This document shows positions 21,210 through 31,201 of a stretch of DNA of 64,000 nt, one piece after another. The stretch's first letter is position 1, and the number at the start of each line of letters is the position of its first letter. Location of the stretch: positions 1 through 64,000 of the forward strand of contig JBNRMN010000089.1 in the NCBI GenBank assembly GCA_050309605.1, written 5' to 3'. This DNA is from Anaerohalosphaeraceae bacterium. Its GTDB lineage: Bacteria; Planctomycetota; Phycisphaerae; Sedimentisphaerales; Anaerohalosphaeraceae. A program made the position numbers and the translations under genes. Below the pieces are notes generated by a model, which was given only the letters and a program-made list of their open reading frames with translations, searched no databases and was not told the DNA's origin.

Positions 21210-24200
21210 TCAGCACTCAAGCTGCGCAAGTTTTTCCAGCAGCGCAAATCGGCGCGCCGCAATCTTTTTGGCCTGTTCGACCAGTTCCTCGGCCACCTGC
21301 GGCTTGGACTGCCTGAGCGTGCGGAAGCGGTTTTGCGAAAATGCAAATTCGGCAAAATCCGCCGACGGCGCTTTTGAATCCAGTTGCAGCGGATTCTTGC
21401 CTTCGGCGCTTCGCCGGGGATCAAACCGGTACAACGGCCAGTGTCCGCTGGCGACCGCCTGTTTTTGCGTCTCGTATCCACGAGCCATATCAATGCCGTG
21501 CGCGATACAATGCGAATAGGCCAGAATCAGCGACGGGCCGTTGTAGCTTTCAGCCTCCATAAACGCCTTGACCGCCTGATTCGGGTTGGCGCCCATGGCC
21601 ACTGTGGCGACATAGATCCCGCCGTAAGTCATCGCGATCAGACCCATATCTTTCTTGGGCATCCGCTTGCCCCCGGCGGCAAACTGCGCCACCGCCCCGA
21701 GCGGCGTCGATTTGGACATCTGGCCGCCGGTGTTCGAATACACTTCAGTATCCAGCACAAGAACATTGATGTTGTCCCCGCTGGCCAGCACGTGATCCAG
21801 ACCGCCGTAACCGATATCATAGGCCCAGCCGTCGCCGCCGAGCACCCAAACACTCTTGTTGACCAGGAAATCGGCCACACTAAGAAGCTGATCACACTCG
21901 CTGCAGGGGTCTTTCTTCAGCGCCGTCTTGAGCTGTTCGACGCGCTGGCGCTGCTGTTCGATATCGGCCTGGGTCTTTTGCGTGGTCATGGCTTCCAGCA
22001 GCGATTGGGCCAATGTTTTGTCAATACAGCCCTTTTCCGCTGTTTTCGCGACCAATTCAGCCGCCCAAACCTTGAATTTGTTGACCGCCAGACGCATACC
22101 ATAGCCAAATTCGGCGTTGTCTTCAAAGAGGCTGTTCGACCAGGTCGGGCCGCGACCGTCAAACCGCTTGGCGTAAGGCGTCGTCGGCAGATTCCCGCCG
22201 TAAATCGACGAACATCCCGTCGCATTGCCGATATACAATCGGTCGCCGAACAATTGCGTCAGCAGTTTGACGTAAGCCGTTTCGCCGCATCCGGCGCAGG
22301 CGCCGCTGAACTCGAACAACGGCGGCACCAACTGACTGCCCTTGATACTGGCCAGCTTGAACTTGTTCGGATCGGTATCGGGAATCGACAAAAAGTAGTT
22401 GAAGTTCTCACGCTCGGACAACCGCAGCGGTTCCTGAAGCTCCATATTGATGGCCTTGCGGGAGGGATTTGTTTTGTCCTTGCCCGGGCAGTTGATCACG
22501 CAGGCCGTACAGCCCGTGCAGTCTTCCGGAGCAACCTGCACCGTGAACTTCATACCGGCAAAATCTTTACCCTTGGCCTCGGCACTCTTGAATGCCTTCG
22601 GCGCGTTTTCGAGGTGTTCCGGATCATAGGCCTTGATGCGAATAGAAGCATGCGGACACACCAGCGAGCACTGGCCGCACTGAATACAAATATCCGGTTC
22701 CCAGACGGGAATATGGACGGCAATGTTGCGTTTTTCGTATTTCGTTGTGGCCGTGGGGAATTTACCGTCGCAGGGCATCTTGCTGACCGGCAGCATATCG
22801 CCGCGTCCGGCCAACAGTTCGGCCGTAACATCCTTGACAAAGGCCGGCGCCTCATCCGGAATCGCCGAGGCGATGTGCGTTTTGCTGGTGACCTGGCCGG
22901 GCACCTTGACTTCGTAAATCTTATCCAACGCCGCATCGACGGCGGCATTGTTCATATTGACCACTTTTTCGCCTTTTTTGCCGTAGCTTTTCTGGATCGC
23001 ATCCTTGATGGCCTTAACGGCGGTATCCAGATCGATCACCCGGCTGATCTTAAAGAATGCCGTCTGCATGATGACATTAATGCGTGCACCCAGCCCCAGC
23101 TCTTCGGCGATACTAAAGGCGTTAATGACATAAAATTTCAGCTTTTTGTCAATGATTTGCTTTTGCACCTCAGCCGGCAGCGTATCCCACACCTCCTCCG
23201 GCCCGTGAATACTGGTCAGCAGGAAGACGCTTGCGGGCTTGGCCGCCGAGAGCAGATCGTATTTTTCAAGAAAACTCGGGTTGTGGCAGGCCACAAAGTC
23301 GGCTTTTTTAATCAGATAAGGACTGCGAATGGGATCATTGCCGAAACGCAGATGCGAAACTGTTATGGAACCGGCTTTTTTCGAGTCATAGACAAAATAG
23401 CCCTGGCAGTAATTGTCCGTCTGTTCGCCAATGATCTTGATGCTGTTCTTGTTGGCGCCGACGGTGCCGTCCGAGCCGAGTCCGTAGAACATCGCGGTAA
23501 AGGTTTTCTGCTCGGTGTCAAAGGACTCATCCACGTCAAGGCTGGTATGGCAGACATCCTCCACGATGCCGACGGTAAAGTGATTTTTCGGCTGTTTGGC
23601 GTCGAGATTGTCAAAAACCGCCTTGACCATGGCGGGCGAAAATTCTTTGGACCCCAGTCCGTACCGTCCGCCCACAATAACGGGATAATCACCAAACGGC
23701 GCCGATCCATCGGCCATCGCTTCGCCGACGGCCGTGCGAACATCCAGATACAGCGGTTCGCCGATGGAACCGGGTTCTTTGGTGCGGTCCAGCACCGCCA
23801 GCTTGGAGACCGTCTTGGGCAAGGTCTTGATAAAGTCGCCGACGCTGAACGGGCGGTACAGCCGCACAATCAGCACACCCACTTTCTCGCCCTTGCCGAC
23901 CAGGTAATCAACGGTCTCGTGAACCGTTTCGGCGCCGGAGGCCATAATCACAATCACCTTCTCGGCGTCCGGCGCACCGATGTAATCGAACAGATGGTAT
24001 TGCCGGCCGGTAATGTGGGCGAATTTGTCCATTGTTTCCTGGACAATCTTCGGCGCCCCCAGATAAAACGTGTTGACGGTTTCGCGGCCCTGGAAATACA
24101 CATCGGGGTTCTGAGCCGTGCCGCCGATCATCGGACGATCGGGGCTTAAAGCCCGATTCTTGTGTTCGGCCACGAGTTTATCATCAATCACCGCCCGCAT

Positions 24201-24773
24201 ATCGTCATACGTCAGCTCTTCAACTTTCTGGACTTCATGGCTGGTTCGGAAGCCGTCAAAGAAATGCAGAAACGGCACCCGACTGGCCAGCGACGCCTGC
24301 TGGGCGATCAGCGACATATCCATCACTTCCTGCACATTGGACGAGGCCAGCATCGCAAAGCCGGTCTGCCGGCAGGCCATCACATCAGAGTGGTCGCCAA
24401 AAATACTCAATGCCTGACAGGCCAGCGAACGCGCTGAAACGTGAAACACCGTCGGCAGCAGTTCACCGGCGATCTTATACATATTGGGAATCATCAAAAG
24501 AAGACCTTGCGAGGCGGTAAATGTCGTGGTCAGCGCCCCGGCCGCCAAGGCGCCGTGTACGGCCCCGGCCGCCCCGCCTTCAGACTGCATCTCCGTAACC
24601 GACGGGATCGTGCCCCAGATATTCGGCCGACCGGCCGCCGTTTTGGCATCCGAAATCTCACCCATTGGCGAGCTGGGAGTAATCGGATAGATCGCAATAA
24701 CTTCGTTGGTAGCGTGCGCCACGTGGGCAGCAGCCGTATTACCGTCAATTGTGACCATTTCGCGCTTCGTCAT
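21210..24773 (-). CDS. nifJ: Pyruvate:ferredoxin (flavodoxin) oxidoreductase, single-chain
   Basis: YPITPSS, EMQSEGGAAG, two CxxCxxCxxxCP clusters, ACAGCGE, GGDGWAYDIG. Confidence 0.98.
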   Translation of the reverse strand: MTKREMVTIDGNTAAAHVAHATNEVIAIYPITPSSPMGEISDAKTAAGRPNIWGTIPSVTEMQSEGGAAGAVHGALAAGALTTTFTASQGLLLMIPNMYKIAGELLPTVFHVSARSLACQALSIFGDHSDVMACRQTGFAMLASSNVQEVMDMSLIAQQASLASRVPFLHFFDGFRTSHEVQKVEELTYDDMRAVIDDKLVAEHKNRALSPDRPMIGGTAQNPDVYFQGRETVNTFYLGAPKIVQETMDKFAHITGRQYHLFDYIGAPDAEKVIVIMASGAETVHETVDYLVGKGEKVGVLIVRLYRPFSVGDFIKTLPKTVSKLAVLDRTKEPGSIGEPLYLDVRTAVGEAMADGSAPFGDYPVIVGGRYGLGSKEFSPAMVKAVFDNLDAKQPKNHFTVGIVEDVCHTSLDVDESFDTEQKTFTAMFYGLGSDGTVGANKNSIKIIGEQTDNYCQGYFVYDSKKAGSITVSHLRFGNDPIRSPYLIKKADFVACHNPSFLEKYDLLSAAKPASVFLLTSIHGPEEVWDTLPAEVQKQIIDKKLKFYVINAFSIAEELGLGARINVIMQTAFFKISRVIDLDTAVKAIKDAIQKSYGKKGEKVVNMNNAAVDAALDKIYEVKVPGQVTSKTHIASAIPDEAPAFVKDVTAELLAGRGDMLPVSKMPCDGKFPTATTKYEKRNIAVHIPVWEPDICIQCGQCSLVCPHASIRIKAYDPEHLENAPKAFKSAEAKGKDFAGMKFTVQVAPEDCTGCTACVINCPGKDKTNPSRKAINMELQEPLRLSERENFNYFLSIPDTDPNKFKLASIKGSQLVPPLFEFSGACAGCGETAYVKLLTQLFGDRLYIGNATGCSSIYGGNLPTTPYAKRFDGRGPTWSNSLFEDNAEFGYGMRLAVNKFKVWAAELVAKTAEKGCIDKTLAQSLLEAMTTQKTQADIEQQRQRVEQLKTALKKDPCSECDQLLSVADFLVNKSVWVLGGDGWAYDIGYGGLDHVLASGDNINVLVLDTEVYSNTGGQMSKSTPLGAVAQFAAGGKRMPKKDMGLIAMTYGGIYVATVAMGANPNQAVKAFMEAESYNGPSLILAYSHCIAHGIDMARGYETQKQAVASGHWPLYRFDPRRSAEGKNPLQLDSKAPSADFAEFAFSQNRFRTLRQSKPQVAEELVEQAKKIAARRFALLEKLAQLEC

Positions 24774-24865
24774 AATAGGCAACTCCGTTTAGATTAAACT
24801 ATAGATTACCAAACGCCGGCTTTGGGTCTATACAAAACCGGCATTGTTAGACATAAAGAACGATC

Positions 24866-24894
24866 ACTATAACACAATTGCCCAAGGCAGGCAA
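24866..24894 (-). promoter_or_regulatory. Promoter of the PFOR gene
   Basis: TTGCCT-17 bp-TATAGT with TGn extended -10. Confidence 0.6.
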
Positions 24895-25036
24895 AACTTT
24901 TTTGGGATTCTTGAACGAACAATCAAAAGGCGGACAGACTCATACATTGTAAATCCGGATTGTTCTCTTTTTTTATGCCTGCCGATATCCGCTCGCCGAA
25001 TCGTCGAGGGAAACCGGAGTGCTGAGTAAAAACAAT

Positions 25037-25065
25037 TTGACGGTACTCCGGACAATTGCTATAGT
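25037..25065 (+). promoter_or_regulatory. Near-consensus promoter facing a truncated ORF and the MATE 3' end
   Basis: TTGACG-17 bp-TATAGT with TGn; bracketed by AAACAATTTGA...TCAAAATTGTTT inverted repeat. Confidence 0.6.
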
Positions 25066-25104
25066 CGCTCAAAATTGTTTATTACGATTCACAGGAACGT
25101 CACT

Positions 25105-25195
25105 ATGAGGCCCAATCCGGTCATTCCATTTCAGTTGCAGGATATGGTCAATCAGGAGCTTGAGTCCGGCGAGCGGATCACATGGCAGGATATTA
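25105..25195 (+). pseudogene. Possible 5' remnant of a gene (MRPNPVIPFQLQDMVNQELESGERITW...)
   Basis: Promoter, AGGA RBS and about 30 protein-like codons (ELExGExxxW recalls bacterial PH-like domain starts), then the frame runs into the MATE antisense strand. Confidence 0.4.
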
Positions 25196-26629
25196 TCCGA
25201 AGCGCAGTTTCTCCAACTCATGCAGATGTTTCCAGGCGCCGCGGACAAAGAACAGGCCCAATCCAAGCGATCGCATCGCCCAATCCACCGCCGTTGCGAT
25301 CCAGACGCCGGGCAGCCCCAGCCCCCATACATGCACCAACAACATCGTCCCGCCCAGCCGAAATACAAGGGTACTGGCGACACTGACAAACAACGGCGAG
25401 CGCGTATCTCCGGCGCCGCGCAGCGCCCCCATGATGATAAACGTCCACGACATAAACAGCAGTTCCGCCGAAGAGATGCGAATCGCCACGCCGGCCTGTG
25501 CAATCACCTCCTCTGTCGCTCCGAAAAGCCGCACAATCAGCGGACCGAAAGCAATAAAGATCAATCCGAGTACCCCCATCAGCACGGCGGACATCAGCAT
25601 CATTCGCCTGACGGCGCTTTCGGCAATATGCTCCAGACGAGCACCGACGGCCTGTCCGACAAGGGTAGTGGTGGCAATTCCCATTGCCCAGGCGGGCATA
25701 AACGCCAATGATTCAACCTGCAGGGTGATTTGATGGGCCGCCAGGACGGTTGTACCCAGGCCGGCCACCAGTCGCATAAAAGTCAAATATACAAACGAAT
25801 TGCCCAGGCGTTCAGTCAGTATCGGCCAAGCCAGTCGCCACATTCGAGTCAGCATCCGGCGCTCAAAACGCACTATCTCCGCAAGCCGAACGCCGACGCC
25901 GCGACGATGCACAAAGTATCCCCCGGAACAGGCAAATCCCACCGCCCGGGCAATCACTGTTCCCCAGGCGACGCCATAAACCCCCATCGCCGGCAGCCCC
26001 ATCCAGCCAAACGCCAGCACAATACTGGCCAGCACATTGACGCCGTTCATCAATCCGGTAATCAGCATCGGGGTGTGGGTATTGCCGGTGCCGCGGATGA
26101 TGGCGTTGGCCACCATCATCGGGTAGCCGCAAAAACCGGACAACAGCAAGATCCGCAGATAGCGCCCGCTGATGGGAGCGACATCGTCGGCGGCACCCAA
26201 CAGACGAACCACCGCGTCGGCAAAGGGATAGGCGACAAAATACATCAGAATCGCCAGCCCAAGCGACAGCCCTATCGCAATGCCGGCACAGTGCCGCGCT
26301 GTTCGGAAATCATACTCGCCCCAACAGCGCGATACAATCGAATTGGCCGCCGCGCCAAAGGCGATAAACGGCGCATTCATAAAGAACATCAGCAGCCCGG
26401 CCAAGGCGGTAGCCGCCAGCATCCGCTCGTCCCGCAGCCAGCCGGTAATCAGCGTATCCGAGATAAGCACCATCGTGAACAGTAGATTTTCAACGACCGC
26501 CGGCCACGTCAGCCGCCACAATGTACCGTTGAGGGTGCGCAGACGAAGATCAAGCCGCCGCTGCCGGCTTGGTGTCGCGATATCTGACGCGATCTCTATG
26601 GATTCGGGTTGACGATTCGGCTTTTCCAT
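25193..26629 (-). CDS. MATE family efflux transporter
   Basis: RGTGNTHTP and RGAGDTRSP repeats, GVYGVAWGT, LAAHQI, about 12 TM. Confidence 0.95.
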   Translation of the reverse strand: MEKPNRQPESIEIASDIATPSRQRRLDLRLRTLNGTLWRLTWPAVVENLLFTMVLISDTLITGWLRDERMLAATALAGLLMFFMNAPFIAFGAAANSIVSRCWGEYDFRTARHCAGIAIGLSLGLAILMYFVAYPFADAVVRLLGAADDVAPISGRYLRILLLSGFCGYPMMVANAIIRGTGNTHTPMLITGLMNGVNVLASIVLAFGWMGLPAMGVYGVAWGTVIARAVGFACSGGYFVHRRGVGVRLAEIVRFERRMLTRMWRLAWPILTERLGNSFVYLTFMRLVAGLGTTVLAAHQITLQVESLAFMPAWAMGIATTTLVGQAVGARLEHIAESAVRRMMLMSAVLMGVLGLIFIAFGPLIVRLFGATEEVIAQAGVAIRISSAELLFMSWTFIIMGALRGAGDTRSPLFVSVASTLVFRLGGTMLLVHVWGLGLPGVWIATAVDWAMRSLGLGLFFVRGAWKHLHELEKLRFG

Positions 26630-26706
26630 CTGGATTATCGATGCGGGCTAACGGGTTCACAAAGTGTGTTAGTGTACCCCGCGGCGGCATAATTGACAAA
26701 GAAATA

Positions 26707-26734
26707 TTGACCTGCCCGACATGAAATCTATAAT
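26707..26734 (+). promoter_or_regulatory. Promoter of the GH43 gene
   Basis: TTGACC-16 bp-TATAAT. Confidence 0.55.
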
Positions 26735-26807
26735 AATCCCAGTGATTTGAGCTGTTCCTATCGACTGCCGTCATCGATCGGCACAACACATTGTGGAGAC
26801 ATCTAAA

Positions 26808-27863
26808 ATGACAACAGCACACGCTATATCCTCCGTAAGGTGCACAGCCGTTTTTTCTGACGTGGTGGTCCGTGCCGCCGGTGCGCTCTGGCTTGCCGCG
26901 GCAAGCTTTGCACTGGCCATCGACATTCACGACCCGGAAATCATCAAACAAGATAAGTTCTACTATATTTTCTCGACCGGTCGTCGCGGCGACGTGATTC
27001 AGGCCATTCGCTCCGATGACTTGCTAACCTGGCAGCGAATCCCGTCACCCTTTGCGTCAGTGCCCGATTGGGTGCGCCAGGAAATTCCCCGATGCCGGGG
27101 TTTTTGGGCGCCGGGCGTCCATTATTCAGATGGACGATACCTGCTGTATTACTCCGCCTCCAGCTTCGGCAGTCAGCATTCGCTGATCGGACTGGCCAGC
27201 AATGCAACGCTGGATCCACAAGATCCGAATTATCACTGGAAAGATGAGGGCAGGGTCATCGAATCCCGCGAGGGGATGGATTTTAACGCTATTGATCCGG
27301 CACTGATAACGGATATTGAGGGCGGTTTGTGGATGACATTCGGTTCATTCTGGGGCGGAATTATGCTGGTGCAACTGAATCCGGAAACCGGCCAACCGCT
27401 CAGCGATGATCCGGACATCATCACCCTGGCCCGGCGTCCTTCGGTCCAGCACAATCCCATTGAAGCGCCGTATTTGATCTATCGCGACGGATATTATTAC
27501 TTGTTTGTGTCGTTCGATTACTGTTGCCGCAGGGCCGAAAGCACCTACAAGATTATGGTCGGTCGTTCCAAAGAGGTCACCGGTCCGTATCTCGACGCCG
27601 AGGGCGTCTCAATGCTCCAAGGCGGCGGCACACTGGTTGTGGAAGGCGGCCCGCGGTGGAAAGGCCCCGGCCACAATTCCGTCCTGAATGACAACGGCGC
27701 TTATTATCTGGTGCATCACGCCTATGACGCCGAAAATCGGGGAATGCCGAGGCTCCATATCCGCCCAATGACCTGGACACAGGACGGCTGGCCCGTCGCC
27801 GGCGACCCGCTGGAAGGGCTGCAACTGGACGAGCAGGAGACCGCTCCGAACAGCCGACGCTGA
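26808..27863 (+). CDS. GH43 endo-1,5-alpha-L-arabinanase
   Basis: IHDP, FWAP, SSFGS, NAIDP, FGSFWGGI, IEAP, DYCCR, GPGHNS. Confidence 0.92.
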   Translation: MTTAHAISSVRCTAVFSDVVVRAAGALWLAAASFALAIDIHDPEIIKQDKFYYIFSTGRRGDVIQAIRSDDLLTWQRIPSPFASVPDWVRQEIPRCRGFWAPGVHYSDGRYLLYYSASSFGSQHSLIGLASNATLDPQDPNYHWKDEGRVIESREGMDFNAIDPALITDIEGGLWMTFGSFWGGIMLVQLNPETGQPLSDDPDIITLARRPSVQHNPIEAPYLIYRDGYYYLFVSFDYCCRRAESTYKIMVGRSKEVTGPYLDAEGVSMLQGGGTLVVEGGPRWKGPGHNSVLNDNGAYYLVHHAYDAENRGMPRLHIRPMTWTQDGWPVAGDPLEGLQLDEQETAPNSRR

Positions 27864-27877
27864 CTCGTCCAGAAAGG

Positions 27878-28279
27878 TTATGCCTCGTGTTTCTCAGGGA
27901 CACATAACGCCACCGCCGAGGCCATGGCAACATTGGCGGTATGGGTAATGCTCAGGGTGATGGGACCCAGCCGCATTGACTCGGCCAATTCTTTAACCCG
28001 GCCGCGAATCGCCACGACCGGCTGACCCAGAGGATTATTGACCACTTCGATATCGGTCCAGGCGATCCCGTCCCGCCAGCCGGTGCCGACCAGTTTCATC
28101 ACCGCCTCTTTGGCCGCAAAACGCCCGGCCAGTTTTTCAATGCGATTTTTAACCGCAGCGGCATCGGCCTGTTCCCGAACCGTAAAGACGCGATCCAAAA
28201 ATCGCTCCCCGTGCCGTTGGAGCATCTGCTCAATACGCCCGAACTCTACCAGGTCAATCCCGTGAGCAATCGAAGTCAT
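27878..28279 (-). CDS. acpS: Holo-[acyl-carrier-protein] synthase
   Basis: GIDLVE, AGRFAAKEA, LSITH. Confidence 0.96.
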   Translation of the reverse strand: MTSIAHGIDLVEFGRIEQMLQRHGERFLDRVFTVREQADAAAVKNRIEKLAGRFAAKEAVMKLVGTGWRDGIAWTDIEVVNNPLGQPVVAIRGRVKELAESMRLGPITLSITHTANVAMASAVALCVPEKHEA

Positions 28280-28281
28280 GC

Positions 28282-29418
28282 TTACTCCCCACGGCTCCAC
28301 CGATCATAGGCGGTCTCAGCGCAAAACTCGGCAAACTGCTCCAACTCCACCCGATCCACCTGCTTCATCAATTCATTGATATAGGTGTCGTATTGCTGCT
28401 GCCGATGCTGAAACTTGAGCTGCTGCTCGATCAGCGGCTGGACTTCAGTAAACGGTTTGCATCCGCCAAGTTCTTTGCGATCCAGCCGCACGATAAAAAG
28501 ATGTCCATCATTGGCCACCGGCGCCGACACCTCGCCCGGTTCCATCGCCAGCGCCGTTTTTTCCAGTACGTCATAAGGCGCCGGCAAGGCATCGGCGCCG
28601 ATGGTGACCGGCAGCCACCGCCCCCCTGATTTAGCCAACGGCCCGTGCGAATACGTTCGCGCCAATTCCGCAAAATCCTCGCCGGCCCGCGCCCGCGCGG
28701 TCAGGGCCTTTGCCAGTTCCCGCGCAGCCTCCTCGGCTGTTTGTCCGGCGTCGATCTGATCGGCGGCAAGCTGGTCGGGCACAATATCAATGGCATGAAA
28801 TTCCAGCGTCCCGCTGCGGCAGAATTGTTCGGCCTTGACTGCTTCATAATGCTCCAACATGCGACGGTGTGTAAACCGGACATCGTCATTTATTTTTTTC
28901 GACAGATACGAATGGGTCAATATCAGCTTTTTTTGATAGTCGCGAAACGTCCGCCAGTCCATTCCCATCCGGCGTATGCTGGCCTCGGCCAGCGCATAAT
29001 TGTTTCCGTAGCTGGCGACAAAACGGTTAATCTCCTGATCGACCGCCTTGTCCAACGCATCATTAATCGTGGACGGAGCCTGTTTTCGCGCCTGTTCGTA
29101 AAGCAAAATATCAGCCGCTTTGCTGCGAATGGTCTGCCGCAGCAGCGGCAGAGCCTGACGGACAAACACCTGTCGTTCCATCCGGGCCGCGGCCGGCCTG
29201 AGCGGCTCTTCAACCGCCTGCAAAATCTCATCGGACGTGATCGTCTCGGTGTAAAGGCTCATCGTCATGGCCCCGCTGGCCGTAGGCAGATCGTATCGAT
29301 TGGCCAGGGGAATCGACTGCATCTGCTCCTCTGAAAACCGCCCCTGCTTTTTACCGCAGCCGGACACCCCGCAAAGAACCGCCGCACATAAAACCACACC
29401 AAATACCTTGAAACCCAT
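28282..29418 (-). CDS. SurA/PpiC-type peptidyl-prolyl isomerase lipoprotein
   Basis: VSGC lipobox, helical SurA-like N domain, GEDFAELARTYS..GG, MEPGEVSAPV parvulin domain. Confidence 0.85.
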   Translation of the reverse strand: MGFKVFGVVLCAAVLCGVSGCGKKQGRFSEEQMQSIPLANRYDLPTASGAMTMSLYTETITSDEILQAVEEPLRPAAARMERQVFVRQALPLLRQTIRSKAADILLYEQARKQAPSTINDALDKAVDQEINRFVASYGNNYALAEASIRRMGMDWRTFRDYQKKLILTHSYLSKKINDDVRFTHRRMLEHYEAVKAEQFCRSGTLEFHAIDIVPDQLAADQIDAGQTAEEAARELAKALTARARAGEDFAELARTYSHGPLAKSGGRWLPVTIGADALPAPYDVLEKTALAMEPGEVSAPVANDGHLFIVRLDRKELGGCKPFTEVQPLIEQQLKFQHRQQQYDTYINELMKQVDRVELEQFAEFCAETAYDRWSRGE

Positions 29419-29524
29419 ACAGTATGTCCTTTTAATTTTATGTCTGATTTTTACCAAAGCATAGGCAGATTATATAGGAAATTCAAAAAAATTCAAAAAA
29501 ACAGCGTATGGACGACGAATTTTT

Positions 29525-29553
29525 TTGCCGAAAGTTCGCCGGTTTGTTACAGT
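29525..29553 (+). promoter_or_regulatory. Promoter of the mgtE leader region
   Basis: TTGCCG-17 bp-TACAGT; predicted start site coincides with ATG at 29561. Confidence 0.55.
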
Positions 29554-29560
29554 GGGGGGT

Positions 29561-29692
29561 ATGAAACAACAACAAAACAATCTGAACAATCCAGCGACGG
29601 CACCGCTGTCGGCTGCCTCCATTGAACCGGCTGACGGCAGCGACGATCCTGGGCCTCGACGCAGCGACATAGAACAAGGCAAACCTCTATAA
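29561..29692 (+). CDS. Candidate 43-aa proline/acidic leader peptide upstream of mgtE
   Basis: MKQQQNNLNNPATAPLSAASIEPADGSDDPGPRRSDIEQGKPL*; stop lies inside an 11-bp hairpin (29675-29685 / 29710-29720). Confidence 0.45.
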   Translation: MKQQQNNLNNPATAPLSAASIEPADGSDDPGPRRSDIEQGKPL

Positions 29693-29757
29693 CCTTCGGC
29701 GGTTTTTCTGGTTTGCCTTGGGGTCGAACGGGTAACGACAATGGAAAGGGCAGACCA

Positions 29758-31140
29758 ATGAAAAACCCATTACTCATTCCTGAATTGCGGGAATTGATCG
29801 CGGCCAATGATATGGCGGCCATCCGTGAATTCTGCGCTGAGACTCACCCTGAAACCGTGGCCGAATTGCTCGGCGGCCTGGAACACCCGGAGATTTGGCG
29901 CATCCTTCATATGCTGGACACGCCCTTACGCGCCCATATTTTTTCCCATTTCGAACTGGATTTGCAGGTCGAACTGGCCACCGGCCAGAATCGCCGTCAG
30001 ATGGCTCGATTACTCGAAGAGATGCCTGCCGATGACCGCGCCGATTTGGTTCGGGAGCTTGACGAAAAAGTGCGTGATGAACTGCTGCCGCTGGTCGCCA
30101 AGGCCGAACGCGAAGACATTCGCAAACTGGCCCAATACGAAGAGGAAACCGCCGGGTCGGTGATGAGTACCGATTACGCCGTGCTTCGGCCTGATATGAC
30201 CGTCGAACAGGCCATCGAACAGCTTCGAATCCAGGCCCCCGAAAAAGAGACGATTTATTACGTTTATGTGGTGGATGAAAACCGTCGGCTCATCGGCTTT
30301 GTCTCGCTCAAAGATATTATCGTCTCCAAACCCGGTCGGCAAATCAAAGATTTGATGCACACCGACGTCATCAAGGCCAACGTCAACGACGACCAGGAAA
30401 GCGTAGCGGAACAGGTCGAAAAGTTTGACTTGATTGCTATTCCGATTGTGGATAACAACAATGTGATTGTCGGCATTGTTACCCATGACGACGCGCTGGA
30501 CATTATCCGACAGGAACAAGCCGAAGACATCGAAAAACTCATGGCGATTTCCGGCGAACACGAAACAACACCCTATCTGAAAATTTCCGCCTGGCAGCAT
30601 TTTCGCAACCGAATTACCTGGATTTTTATTCTGGGACTTATCAGTTTATTCGGGGGATTGGTTATTCAGGTTCACGAAGAGCTGCTGCTTCAATTCGCGG
30701 TGTTGACCACGTTAATCCCGATGCTAGCTGCTACCGGCGGCAATACCGGCAGTCAGTCTGCGACGCTGGTGATTCGCGCGCTGGCGGTTAAAGAGATATC
30801 CGGACGCGATGTTCTGCGCGTGCTGTCAAAAGAATTCATGGTTGCCCTTCCATTGGCAATGGTCATGTCCCTGCTGGCGTTTGGTCGGTTACTGTTATTT
30901 GCCGATCCCGGATCGGTGCCGCCGGAGGCTTCATTAATGGCTCTGGGAACGGCGGCGGCGGTAGCGCTGGCTCTGCAAGTCCTGACCTCAACTCTGATCG
31001 GCGCCCTGTTGCCCTTGATAGCGGTCTTTTTTAAGCTTGACCCGGCCGTCGTGGCCAGTCCCGCGCTGACGACCATTGTGGACGTTTCCGGACTGATTAT
31101 CTTTTTTGCTGTTATCAGTTGGTTTATCACCCCGATGTAA
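29758..31140 (+). CDS. mgtE: Magnesium transporter MgtE
   Basis: EMPADDRAD, CBS pair (AGSVMSTDY, GIVTHDD), GGNTGSQS, DPAVVASP, TTIVD. Confidence 0.97.
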   Translation: MKNPLLIPELRELIAANDMAAIREFCAETHPETVAELLGGLEHPEIWRILHMLDTPLRAHIFSHFELDLQVELATGQNRRQMARLLEEMPADDRADLVRELDEKVRDELLPLVAKAEREDIRKLAQYEEETAGSVMSTDYAVLRPDMTVEQAIEQLRIQAPEKETIYYVYVVDENRRLIGFVSLKDIIVSKPGRQIKDLMHTDVIKANVNDDQESVAEQVEKFDLIAIPIVDNNNVIVGIVTHDDALDIIRQEQAEDIEKLMAISGEHETTPYLKISAWQHFRNRITWIFILGLISLFGGLVIQVHEELLLQFAVLTTLIPMLAATGGNTGSQSATLVIRALAVKEISGRDVLRVLSKEFMVALPLAMVMSLLAFGRLLLFADPGSVPPEASLMALGTAAAVALALQVLTSTLIGALLPLIAVFFKLDPAVVASPALTTIVDVSGLIIFFAVISWFITPM

Positions 31141-31201
31141 CGCCATGTCGATTAAAGGCGTTGGGGTTCAATCAGTGACCAAACTTCCTCAGGGATCATT
31201 A

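Noticed and set aside
21384..24149. 921-aa plus-strand ORF
   Set aside because: Antisense shadow of the PFOR gene; no recognisable motifs; expected from GC-rich codon bias.
29678..29720. GGCAAACC as a c-di-GMP-I riboswitch
   Set aside because: The following GAAA loop and GGGACGCAAAGC-type elements are absent; the sequence is better explained as one arm of a simple hairpin.
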